Assembly (NCBI GenBank): GCA_963693365.1
Contig: CAVNZM010000008.1
Span: 8,746,818-8,810,817 of the forward strand
DNA: 64,000 nt
Direction: 5' to 3'
Source: Amoebidium appalachense
Lineage: Eukaryota; Protista; Ichthyosporea
Shown in pieces: positions 52,217 through 64,000 of this stretch (position 1 is its first letter; the number at the start of each line of letters is the position of its first letter). The translations under genes were made by a program, and so were the position numbers. Under the pieces are notes generated by a model that saw only the letters and a program-made list of their open reading frames with translations, was not told where the DNA came from and ran no database searches.

Positions 52217-52560
52217 CGGGGCGGAGTCTATAAGGATGGGCTCTACTAATAATTCAAAGTCCTTGTGGGTGATTTGCTGCATGTGCATTATGTTGTCGGT
52301 CGTGGCGCACTCGTAACACATCCCCCCCCCCCCCCCCTCCCCCCTCCCCCCCACGGCATATTTAACCCGTAATCCTGCTACCACACCATGCTCACTCACT
52401 CACTCCCACATATGTGTACCTCCCCTCCCAGCCCCCTCCCCCTCCCCCCCCCCACCCACCCACCCACCCACCCACACCCACACACAAACACAGTTCCACA
52501 CACATACATCACCTATTCCCTTCCCCCCCCTACCCACACACACACACGCTCGCGCGCGCG

Positions 52561-52629
<69 letters not shown>

Positions 52630-52965
52630 CTTATGCACACAGATTGAAATCCGCAGTGGGGACCTTCTTCAGCTGACGACCGATGAGCGCTACATGAACA
52701 AGGGCAGCCACGAGATAGTCTATGTGGACTATAAGAACCTGCCCCGTGCCGTAAAGCTCGGCAGGTAGGCACACACATGCACACATACATGCATGCACAT
52801 GCTCACAGGTGCGCATGCACACTACATGCATGCACATGTTCCCCACGTGCACATGCACACACATGCATATGCATGCGTGCACACATATACACTCATACAC
52901 CTTTGTACAGACACACATGCACACGAACACACATGCGCTGTCTCGCTCCTGTCTCTCTCTCTCTC

Positions 52966-53053
<88 letters not shown>

Positions 53054-53407
53054 TCTGAATATGACAGGGACACACAGACATAACACCCACCCACCCTTCC
53101 CCCCCCCCCCCCCCCCCCCCCTTCCCCCTCCCACACACACACATCCTCCTCCCCCCCCCTCCCCCCTTTCCCTCCAAACACCCAAATACCGCGCCCCCCC
53201 CCCCCCCCCCCCCCCCTTTCCCTGCAAACAACCAAATACCCCCCCCCTCAGCTTACGTGTGGTTAGCACTCTGCATTTTGTTGTCCGTTGTGAATGTGTA
53301 CCTCGTACTCTGTAACACATTTTTTCTAGGCCCCCCCCTCCCCCACCCCCTCTCCCTCCCCCAGCCACTCCCCCCCAACCCTAATCTCGTACTCTAGACT
53401 CATTCTA

Positions 53408-53463
<56 letters not shown>

Positions 53464-54079
53464 CCCTGCTCGTCTCTGATCAAGACGGGTGACCTACCCA
53501 TGTTCAAGTGAAACAGTATCTGAGTTGGGTTTCGTTAACGAGGTGAATAGGTCGAAACTCGGGTACTGTGGATGACGTGGGCCCCCCCTGAGGATGGGCT
53601 CTGCTTATTATGCATACTCTTGATGTATGGCTTGCATTCTGCATCGTGTTATCCGTTTGTTCTCGTGTACTTCGTACTTTTTGACGCATTCAAACCCCCC
53701 CCCCCCCCCGGCGTTCTCCCCCCCCCCTCCCCCCCTCCCCCTTAACCCCCTCCTCCGTCCCCCCCCCCCCCCTCTCTCCCCCCCCCCTCTTCCCTCCCCC
53801 CTCCCCCCCAAAAAAAAAAAAAAAAACAAAAAAAAAAACAGCATCATCTATATAGACGAGGGCCTTCTCAAGTTCACCGTGACTGAGGTTGGGGAGACTA
53901 CGGCCACTGTCCAGGCCATGAATGGGGGTCTATTGGGGCCTAGGAGGAGTCTGCTGATCCCTCAGGCAGAGCTGGACTTGGTGCCTGTGTCGGAGAAGGA
54001 TATCGGTGTGTGGGTGGTTGTGTGTGTGTGTGGGTGTGGGTGTGTGTGTGTGTGTGTGTGTGGTTTTTTTTTGTTGTTG

Positions 54080-54112
<33 letters not shown>

Positions 54113-54281
54113 AGGATTGCTATGATCCCTCAGGCAAAGTTGGACTTAGTACCTGTGTCGGAGAAGGTTGGTTGGGTTTGGGGGGAGGGGGGGGGGGGGG
54201 AGGGGGGGGGGGGGAGGCGCTGCAAATAATGAGATGAGGGTTGGCAAAGAAGCACATGGGTTGTTGTGTGGTGGTGGTTGG

Positions 54282-54315
<34 letters not shown>

Positions 54316-54352
54316 TTTTTTTTTTTTTTGGTTGTTGTTTGGGGGGGGAGGG

Positions 54353-54390
<38 letters not shown>

Positions 54391-54551
54391 CTATGATCCC
54401 TCAGGCAAAGTTGGACTTGGTACCTGTGTCGGAGAAGGTTGGTTGGGTTTGGGGGGGAGGGGGCGAGAGGGGGGGGAGGGGGGGGGGGGGGGGCTGCAAA
54501 TAATGAGATGAGGGTTGGCAAAGAAGCACATGGGTTGTTGTGTGGTGGTGG

Positions 54552-54591
<40 letters not shown>

Positions 54592-54827
54592 GGAGGCTCT
54601 GATTCCTTAAGCAGTGTCGGACTTGGTGCCTGTGTCGGAAAAGGGTATAGGTGTGAGGTGTGGGTGGGTGGGTGGGTGGATGGGGAGGTAGGATGGATGG
54701 GTGTTGGTGTGGGTGGGTGGTTGGTTCTGTGTTCTGTGTGTGTGTTGGGGGGGTTTGGGGGGAGGGGGGGGGGGGTGGGAGGAACGGGGGATAGACTGGA
54801 GTGTTGGCCGAGGCATCTCCTCCTCTC

Positions 54828-54873
<46 letters not shown>

Positions 54874-55150
54874 TGCACATGTCTGCACGTGCGCATGTGC
54901 ACACTATGTGCATGTGCATGCTTGTGTGTGCCCATACGTGCAAGCACACACCTCCCATCGAGCCACAGTATGTCACCTAATCCAGTCATTTGACACACAA
55001 CCGCACACTTCCTCCACCCACCACATCAGGCACACACACACACTTGCACTCGTACCAACTCAGCCCATCCTCCCTCCCCCCCCCCCCCCCCCCCCCCCCC
55101 CTCCCCCCCCTCCTTCTAGCACACACACACACTCACGTACGCATCCCATC

Positions 55151-55197
<47 letters not shown>

Positions 55198-55400
55198 ACA
55201 TACACACACACACATATCCTTTTCCGACAAAAGCACCAAATCTACCTGTGGCATCAGAGCACACACACAAACAAACACACCACACACCACCCCACCACCC
55301 CAACCCCTAACCCCTCTCCTCAATTCTCCTTCACCGTGCCAAATGTTTCAACTTATGCTGGTACCCCTTCTCATTTTTTGTTCCCCCTCCCCCCCCCCCC

Positions 55401-55432
<32 letters not shown>

Positions 55433-55774
55433 TTCCCCCCTCCAAACAGTGGATCTCCGGTGGGGTCTTGCACACGATGTCGACATTGTGTTCTGCCACG
55501 CACGAAAGGCATCCGACCTGCAAGTAGTGCGGGAAGCAATGGGAGAGGAGGGCAAAAAAATCAAGTTGGTGGCAAAAGTGGAGACGCATGAGGGGTTAAA
55601 GAACTTTGACGAGATACTGGTGGAGGCGGGGGGGATCATGGTGGGCCGTGGAGATATGGGGTGGGTGAATGTGTGTGTGTGTGTGTGTGTGTACGTGTTG
55701 GTTTGGACAGGCAGACAATGAATCTACACATGTACATGCATGCATACACGGACACACACATATAGGGGAAGGAA

Positions 55775-55812
<38 letters not shown>

Positions 55813-56344
55813 GGGTGGATGTGGAGGGAGAGAGAGAGAGACATGGGATTTGTGTCGATGTGTGTCTGTGCTTGTTTGGACACACCACGCGCAACACATT
55901 CACGTGTTATAGCACATGCGAGCGTATACGCTTAGGCTCGCACACACACACACACACACACACAGAAACAAAAGGGGTTGGTTGGGGATGGTGTGGTGGT
56001 GTTTGTTTGGACATGCACACTGAGAGATAAGGGGGGGGGGGGAGAGAAAGAGGGGAAGTGAGAGAGGGGAGGGGGACACTGAAAGAGACAGGGGGGTGGG
56101 GTGAGAGAGAGAAAGAGAGAGGGGGAGTCAGAAATGGGAGGGGGAGACAAAGAGAAGGAGGGGAGGGGGGAGGGGGGGGGGGAGAAGAGAGAGAGAGAGA
56201 GGGAGAGAGAGAGAACATGGGGTAGGTATTGGTGTGTCCGGGCAGGGTTGAGCACACACAAACACACACACACACACACACCTCCTCCTCCAGGACATAC
56301 CATCTCTCTGCTGTTTGCTTCTCCGCTTATTCTTTCCCACACTA

Positions 56345-56384
<40 letters not shown>

Positions 56385-56559
56385 TTCCACCCCCTCCCGG
56401 CGCCCCCCCCTTCACACACACCCACACACACGTTTCCCCGTGCCTCACCCAGTTACTTGCAAACGTGCCTCGAACACGGGTGTATTAGCAGGAATGTTCG
56501 TATTCTATTATTCTATAGGGCCTATGTGGCGGGCTCTCATAGGCAGCCATGTGGGTGAG

Positions 56560-56598
<39 letters not shown>

Positions 56599-57659
56599 TT
56601 CCCCCCGGCGTCCTTCCCTAATCTGCCCCCCCCCCCCCCCCCCCCCCTTCCCCCTCTGTCTGCCTGCAACTGTTTTCTGAATTTTTCCTCCCCACTTCAG
56701 GATCGAGATACCAGCAGAGAAGGTTTTCCTAGCGCAGAAGATGATGCTTGCCAAGTGCAACCTTGCTGGCAAACCGTCCATATGTGCCATGCAGATGCTC
56801 GACTCAATGAGCAAGAACCCAAGGCCCACACGGGCAGAGGTATGGCTAATCTTAGCTGTATACTTAGCGCGCGCGCGCACACACACACACACACACACAT
56901 GTGCATATGTGCGCATGTGCACAAATGCACACCTAAACACTCTAGGTACACGCGGGGTGTGGACGCACAAGGGCAAAAGAGAAGAGGGGTCGGTGGGCGT
57001 GTGGGTTGGTGGGTGGTGTGCTTGCCTAGGCAACAGGCTGGCCAAAAGGGGTTGAAGTTTAATGGCCAACATCTTTCCTTCCTTTCTTTGCTCCACATTA
57101 ACGCAACCTCCGCATCTACCACTCTGCCCTCTAAGCTGCGAGCCACGTTGGTGCCGTAATTCTGTGCACACTTTTCACGAAGCCGTGTGGGCGCCCAGAA
57201 AATAGTGCGAAAAAAGCGATTTTGGGTTGGAGGGCAGGGTCTGTCGGATCACCATGTCGACATGGGCTAGTCTCGGTGAATTGACACAAACTGATAATCT
57301 CTGCTGATTGGTGCGAGACACCTGAGCAATATTGCTCATGGATGCTTGCCGCCCAGCTGAAATGGTAGATACGGAGGGTATATTACCGAGGGATATAATG
57401 TTATACATGCAAACAAAAAGAGAGATCTAACACCATATTTCCGCTGTTTCATGTCTGACTATACATCAGCTGCATGGCACATAAAGTGAATCTTGGACCA
57501 AACCAGCCATGGAAGAAAGCACTCAAACTATGTGCAACTAACATGTCCCCTTTTCAGGTCAACGAAACTACCAATTTCCGTGGTAACTCGTGTGTGATAG
57601 TAGACACGTAAATCAAAGGAAACAAGAAGAAACCCCGCAAACTATCTAACCACACATCC

Positions 57660-57702
<43 letters not shown>

Positions 57703-59349
57703 CCTTCCAATGTTGGGATCAGCGACGTAGCGAATGCTATTCTAGCTAACTTTTTCAATATGATATTCATGTAAATCAAAAGAAATTCTAAGAAACCCCA
57801 CAAACTATCTAACCGCATGTCTCCAGAAACCCGTTAAACTATCTAACCACCTATCCCCTTCATTTCCAATTTTCAGATCAGCGACGTAGCGAACGGCGTT
57901 CTAGACGGGGCCGACTGTGTGATACTCTCTAGCGACATAGATCGGAATGGAAAATTTAACAAAAGCACGCAAACTATCTAACCGCATATCTCCCCCTCCC
58001 AATTTTCAGATCAGCGACGTAGCAAATGCCGTTCTAGACGGGGCCGACTGTGTGATGCTGTCGAGTGAGACGTCACGTGGCAACTATGCCGTGCAGGCGG
58101 TGCAGATGATGCACAGGGTCTGCACGGAGGCTGAGAGCGCCATGTTCTACCGCCCACTTTTCAATGAGCTTATCAATTTCTCGAGGAGGCGTATGTGTAT
58201 ACCCCTTTTGCACAGAACCCGCCCCGCCCCCCGCCACCTTAAAACACACAGATATACACACGCTTGCGCGCACATACACACCCGCGAGCGCGCGCGCGCT
58301 CACGCACACGCACATGCAATAGCCGTGCCATGGGAGGGTATCTTCTAGTCTGTTTCCCTGTTTTTGGTGTGTGGGAGAGTGGGCGGGTAGGTGGGTGTCG
58401 GTAGGTGGGTGAGTGGGTGGATGATATGGTGTGTTATGTTGGAGGGTGGAGAGGGGGGGGGGGGGGGGGGGGAGGGGGAGGGGGGGGGGGGGGTCTTTGT
58501 GTGGGTGATGATAAGTGAATTATTGGTGTCTCTAAAAAAAGTACGTATTTTCCTGAGCCTGCGCTCACTGTTCCTTTCATTGTAGCCTCTAATGGTAACA
58601 CTTAGTATACATGTTTGCATTATTAGGCGTTTTCCCTCTGTCCTGCATTGGCCTAAGAACAGCTCCTAACTTCTGCCTCTCTTCCCCCCCCTCCCCTCCC
58701 CCCCCTCCCCCCCCTCCCCCCCTCCCCTTCACACCCCCGCCCCCCCATCCCCTTCACCCCCCCCCCCCCCCCCCCCCCCCCCCCCATGCTTCTCATCGTG
58801 TATGCGTACTTCGTACCGTGTTCCGCATTCAAACCCCCCCCCTCCCCTTCCCCTCCCCCCCCAAAGCCCCCCAACACACACCCACCCCCCCCCACACACA
58901 CGTACACACATACACGTACGTAACAGGTCTTCGCGACACCGAGGAAACCGTCGCCATTGCCGCCGTCAACGCCGCCTACGCCCAAAACGCCGCCGCAATC
59001 ATCTGCCTGACCACAAGCGGGCGCACGGCCGCGTACGTTTCCAAATATAGACCCCAGTGCCCAGTTTTGACCGTCACGAGGAAGGAGCGCGTTGCTAGGC
59101 AGCTCCACCTGTATAGGTCGATCTTCCCCATGAGATACCCGTTGAAGAAGCATGAGGTGTTTCAGGATGATGTGGACTCGAGGATTCACTGGTGTATAGG
59201 TGGGTGTGGGGGTGATTGCTTGGGGGATGGGGTGGGTTGGGGAGAGGGGGGGGGGGGGGGGGGGTGCGTGATGTGATGAAGAAGCATGAGGTCTTTCAGG
59301 ATATGTGGACTCGAGGATCCATTAGTGTATAGGTGCGTGTGTGGGGGTT

Positions 59350-59388
<39 letters not shown>

Positions 59389-59470
59389 CTGGGCTTGTTT
59401 TTATGCCTCTCTCTTTTCCTGTTTTTTTTTTGTTTTTTTTCCTTTTTTTTTTTTTTCCTTTTCCCTTTTC

Positions 59471-59543
<73 letters not shown>

Positions 59544-60148
59544 ATGTGTTTGAGCACGTGTTTGGAGAGTGTTGGAGTATCCATTCTTAAATGGCTATGC
59601 ACATTGGTTCTGTTCTTTTGGGTGTTTTTTTCTCTCTTTTTTTTTTTTTTTTTTTTTTTTCTCTTGGGGGGGGGGGGGGGACCATTGTCCTTTGTTTGTC
59701 AAACATATCTTTCTGCTAGCATGTGTTGTTCCGTCTCCTCCTGTGTGGACTCAATTTTTGTTGCACGCTTTGTATTGTCGTTTTTGGCACACTCGATTTT
59801 TCGTTGCACAATCCGTGGTGTTTGTGTTTGTGTGTGGGTGGTGTGGGTGTGTGTTTGTGTGTAGGCACATCATTTTACAGTCTGCTTTCCATGCCAAAGT
59901 TTGTTAGTAGCGTGAATCATTGTGCCATCATGTGTACCCCCCCCCCCCCCCCCCCCCCCCCGCTCTTCCCCGGCGCATACGCACCCAACACACACACAAC
60001 TCATTCGCTCATTCACTGATAATATTCATGCGCAGCGGAAGCAAAGGGGGCCGGCTATCTACGGACCGGCGATACAGTCATTGGCATTCAGGGTTGGAGG
60101 GACGGGGTGGGTCATACAAACACTATCCGTATTCTAGTGGTATCATAG
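49927..60148 (+). CDS. PYK: Pyruvate kinase family protein with a divergent active site, at least 10 exons; 5' end uncertain
   Basis: Exons ~49927-50007, 51174-51299, 52035-52160, 52643-52764, 53842-54005, 55450-55660, 56701-56839, 58010-58190, 58927-59199, 60036-60148. Motifs [86 protein letters not shown]. An additional upstream coding exon is possible. Confidence 0.92.
50005..50160 (+). repeat. Tandem ~54 bp repeat beginning at a PK splice donor
   Basis: caggtac..gttaca.ctccc..aca.ttc.t.c.tcta.tcacgtt is repeated three times; the first copy contains the real donor at 50008. Confidence 0.85.
53461..53695 (+). mobile_element. Hammerhead-core repeat, subfamily A (PK intron)
   Basis: GTT 53524-53526, GAAA 53554-53557, CTGAGGA 53588-53594. 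Confidence 0.85.
54113..54652 (+). repeat. Three decayed duplicates of the 3' end and donor of PK exon 53842-54005
   Basis: gatccctcaggcaaagttggactt(a/g)gtacctgtgtcggagaagg at ~54124 and ~54395, and gattccttaagcagtgtcggacttggtgcctgtgtcggaaaaggg at ~54601, versus the exon gatccctcaggcagagctggacttggtgcctgtgtcggagaagg. Confidence 0.9.
57525..57940 (+). repeat. Graded series of duplicates of the branch point, acceptor and 5' end of PK exon 58010-58190
   Basis: aaactatctaacc...ttcagatcagcgacgtagc recurs at ~57640-57745 and ~57837-57935, with a more decayed copy at ~57525-57575. Confidence 0.88.
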
Positions 60149-60162
60149 ATAAAGAGATGTGC

Positions 60163-60222
<60 letters not shown>

Positions 60223-60378
60223 ATATGGTAGTTGCGGGCACATACACACGTGAATCTCGTATCTCAATCTTCTTCATACGTGTTGGTATGATGTGTTCTC
60301 GTGGGAGTGTAACGTTAATGGCAATGGGTTTGCAAAATGAAATGAGGTGGCAGGGGTTGGGTAGTGTGTGCTTCATGG

Positions 60379-60418
<40 letters not shown>

Positions 60419-61786
60419 CGTGTGTGCCTAGTGCACCTGTGCTACCTAAATTCAGCAGAAAAGATTTGTTAGATCCCATAGTAGTGCATATCAGTTGTGT
60501 GCTGAGACATGTGATACCTCGGCACTATTGGTTCAATTTTCAATCGTACCAGTTAAATTTGACTTTTAAAAGATGTGCATGTAGCAGGTAATAGTTAAAC
60601 ATTGCAGCATTATGATCATATTGGCATGCGTAGACGCAGTTAGTATAATGCAGGGTAGGTAATGGACGAGCCGTTTATGAATATTTTATGTTAACACATG
60701 TTTAAAAAGGTGTCACGCTCGACAGCAAAATATATGGGCTGCTGTCGTTGGACGATTTCCATGTTCGTGTTACTATACTAAACTTTGTTAACACGATTTT
60801 CCCTTAAAATGAAAATTCAAAAGGTTCGTAATAACATGTGCCACTGGTTGGTGAGACATATGTTTACAAGCAATCGCTTGCATTTACATACAGCTGCTAT
60901 TCTCAGATCTTGAGTTTGGTAGTGAACGTTGAACACAGGGATTCGAAGAAAATTGCGGGGAGAGAGGGCGGTGGGGGGGTTTTGGGGGGGGGGGGGGGGG
61001 GGGGGGGGGGCTGTTTCTATCCGCTATCTATGCATTATTCCTTTTTATTACAAAACATGTATCGATGAGCTAACCTTTTTTTTTTTAAAAAATATATCAT
61101 ATGAACGGAGGACATTGCCTGGCATGACCATCGGTCAGCGGTTGGCAACCAGAACTGAATTTTTTTCTTTTTGATTTCCTTTTTTTTTTTTTTTCTTGTG
61201 TGTGGGTGGGTGGGTGCGTGCCAGTGTGCAGTTTGTACGTGTGTATCGTGTGCACGTGGCCACGGTGTGCCATACGGCGCGCGCGTGTGTGCGTATGTGC
61301 GTGTCTCAGCGGCGTGCGTGTGTCGCCGGCGACTCGCCGCCACTGGCACCGAGCCTACTTTGCATTTTTTTTTTTTACCGTGTGTCGCGCCGCCGGACGG
61401 CCCGGGGGGAAAGGGGGAGGTGGGTTGTCATCGATATCGATGGGCGGCGGGCCCCCCGCGTTTCACACGTGCCACGGTTACACACGTTGCACACGTACAG
61501 GCTGTCAGAGGGCCCAGATATCATGAGCACGTAACGAATATATGGCCGTATGATTCACGTGCATGGGTTTACACACTTTTTATTGCGTGGACACTGCCGG
61601 AGGCCCAGCCACATTCGACGGCCTACGGCGTTTTCCAGCACAGCCAAGATCAAATGCAGCCAGTGACATATGTACATGCTAGGCAACAATGAGCGCCCTC
61701 GTAGTATATGACACCCCTATTACATATTATGGGTAAGCAGAGGCTAGCATCGGTAGCTCCGAAAGAAAGTTAAGGCACCGACCGGA

Positions 61787-62880
61787 TCACAATATCATAC
61801 TGTGCAGCATTAAGGTGATCTTAGCTAGGATAGTCATCTTAAAACGGATATATTGAGGAAGAGAGGAAGAAAAGAGAATAAAACCGCCAATAACCTCCGG
61901 TTCTAATACATTAGCTAACAGGTTGCATTTATTGATAGATATGCAGCCGCGAGTAAACCGCCCCCCACACATATTACACATACGAGCAGGAGACACCAGA
62001 AACCGAATACACCGCCAAGCCATAATCACCTTTGCGTTTTTACACCACACCACATTACGAATAAACATTAATCTATGTATGAACGAGACTCTCTAACCGT
62101 ATCCGCCATATAGGCTACTAGTAGTTGGTGTTTTTGCGGTCCTAACACCGGAAGGGACTCAACACGTAGAGTAAAAAGATATCTATCAGCCATAGACTTG
62201 AAACTATTCATATTCACACTATGATCTAGCCGTACCTCCGGTGGGGTCGCCAGCCATTCCACATACTTTAATTAACGCTCGGCAATGGGCAGAGACGATG
62301 GGGAAGGGAAGTGGTAGAGGGGCGAGTCCGGCGGGGATGCGTGTAGCCGGAAGAGCGGGTGGTCCGGGGCACAAGCGGACAGGCGGGTGATGTGCTCGTG
62401 CAATTTAAGGGCTAATTCGTGTACGCGTTGTGATGGTGGTGTGAGTGCGTAGAGAGAATCAAAAAGGCGTCTAGGGATAGGTGTGGAAGGACCAGTGAGA
62501 AACGTACAAGTTGTGTAGTGGAAATCATCTATTGATTTGAGGACATTAGTAACAGTATCAGGGGGTGCCATAGCTAGTAAGGGCAACCCGTATTCAGACA
62601 AAGGGCGAATATATATGTGCGAAATATACTAAGACGATGGTATAGGTGGACAGTATGAGAAAGAGTAGCAAGATACACATCCCTAAATAACCGAAGACAC
62701 CTGCCTGCACTCTCCACCCGACAGTCGATCATCCGTTTGAAACATATGCCCCATTCGTCCACCGGAATCCCCAAATACTTGTATTCGATTGGAACTACGT
62801 CAAAATATCTAATATTGAAGATAAATAGTAACGTCCAACTATTTAATTGGGAAGTTTGTATATTTGAATATAGTTGCATT
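61787..62880 (-). mobile_element. Degenerate non-LTR retrotransposon (RT C-terminal/thumb region and Zn-finger remnant)
   Basis: Broken minus-strand ORFs containing EYKYLGIPVDEWGI (YKYLG motif), IFRTYI...SEYGLPL and a C-terminal CNMCGGRFTRGC..C; multiple stops and frameshifts. Confidence 0.7.
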
Positions 62881-64000
62881 GACTAGGAAGGTTTTTCCCT
62901 ATTTTCTCCGCCCACGTTTCTTCATTTTTTGCGCTGCGCTACTCTGGGGATCCGATGATCCGAGGGCCCGGCCAAGGGGGCCCATCGGAATGAAAGTCCG
63001 GGATATGCCCTTATTCATCATTTCGAATTGAACAATCATTAGAGTATTCACATTGACCCTCCGCAATCACCAAAGGTATTTTGTGCTATATATAAATTTG
63101 CCTAATATATAAGTTCCCCGATAAAGATACATTATTATAACCCAGCAAAGATATATGGACGCGCCACTTCCCCATCATCCCGCCACATCCCAAGCATCAT
63201 CTAGGGGGACGAGACCGTCCTGACTAACCAAGACGTACATTCCAAAAGTCCCCCCACACCAAACTTCTGGGGGGCGTAAGTCTCTAGCTAGCTTGGTTTA
63301 GAACCAGGGGAATCAGCAGCAACACAATGTGTGAGAGGCTAAGAGCTCTGAAAGAATTTTGGATGCATCAATTATTATCCTTTCTTATGAGTCTCAATAC
63401 TCTACAGTTAACCTAATAGCTGGATAGATACGACATTCTTGTTTATTTTGAAAATACAAGTTCTAGATACAAAAACATTAATTTCACCACGCCCCACCAA
63501 CATGGTGCTTGGGAAGTTCGTTCCAAGCAAATTACGCATTCCGCAAATGATGCAGCACCATCATGTGATTGGTTACAGTTGGTTCACATGCCAACCAAGA
63601 GGTTCAAGACCTGGAGTGCTGCGCAGGCTCCAACACCCACGCGCAGAGGCGCGCATACGTGCAGGGGCCGTAAATAAAATGTTTCGAACCGTATATTGAA
63701 ACGGGATAAATAAAAAATAAGTATATTATTATACCCAATTTACAAATTACCTGTTTTACAGCATCTGAGGGTCTTTGAAGTCGAAGTCAGAAAGCACGTT
63801 GAAGGGCCCACTGGCCGCCGTCTCAATGATCATCATGTAATATGAAACCCCGATTCAAAACGGTGGGTTCTAAAGCCAAGTCCAAAATTTGGTGACTTGC
63901 ACAATATAACTAATCCGACCTATAATGCTTATAGACTAGACTTCTGAACATTTTTTATGATTTTTAAAGATTGAAAGGGAAGAATTATTTATTGGTTTGT

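Overview
Intron-rich eukaryotic genomic DNA, probably an opisthokont and possibly a unicellular holozoan (inferred from a full PH-FFAT-START CERT gene). Introns are packed with poly-C/poly-G runs and (CA)n/(GT)n microsatellites, so almost all of the ORF track is noise. By manual splicing I reconstruct four + strand host genes: SRP receptor beta (1531-7671), ceramide transfer protein CERT (20603-32643, with three intronic tRNA genes), NCS-1/frequenin (34472-41709) and a pyruvate kinase with a substituted active site (~49927-60148). The window also holds an intact 6-exon, ~1533 aa Mutator/ISL3-like DDE transposase with a WRN-type DEDDy 3'-5' exonuclease inserted inside its catalytic core (9329-17225), an F-box/LRR pseudogene, two inverted-repeat elements and a non-LTR retrotransposon relic. 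The most striking signal is a dispersed and tandem (453 bp unit) intronic repeat family. It carries all three strands of a hammerhead ribozyme core (GUU cleavage strand, GAAA strand, CUGAGGA strand) with covarying helices, but in a non-circularly permuted order joined by palindromic linkers, which suggests a retrozyme-like mobile RNA with a rearranged hammerhead. Introns also repeatedly contain decayed duplicates of adjacent exon-intron junctions. All structural claims come from reading the sequence by eye and need computational and experimental confirmation.
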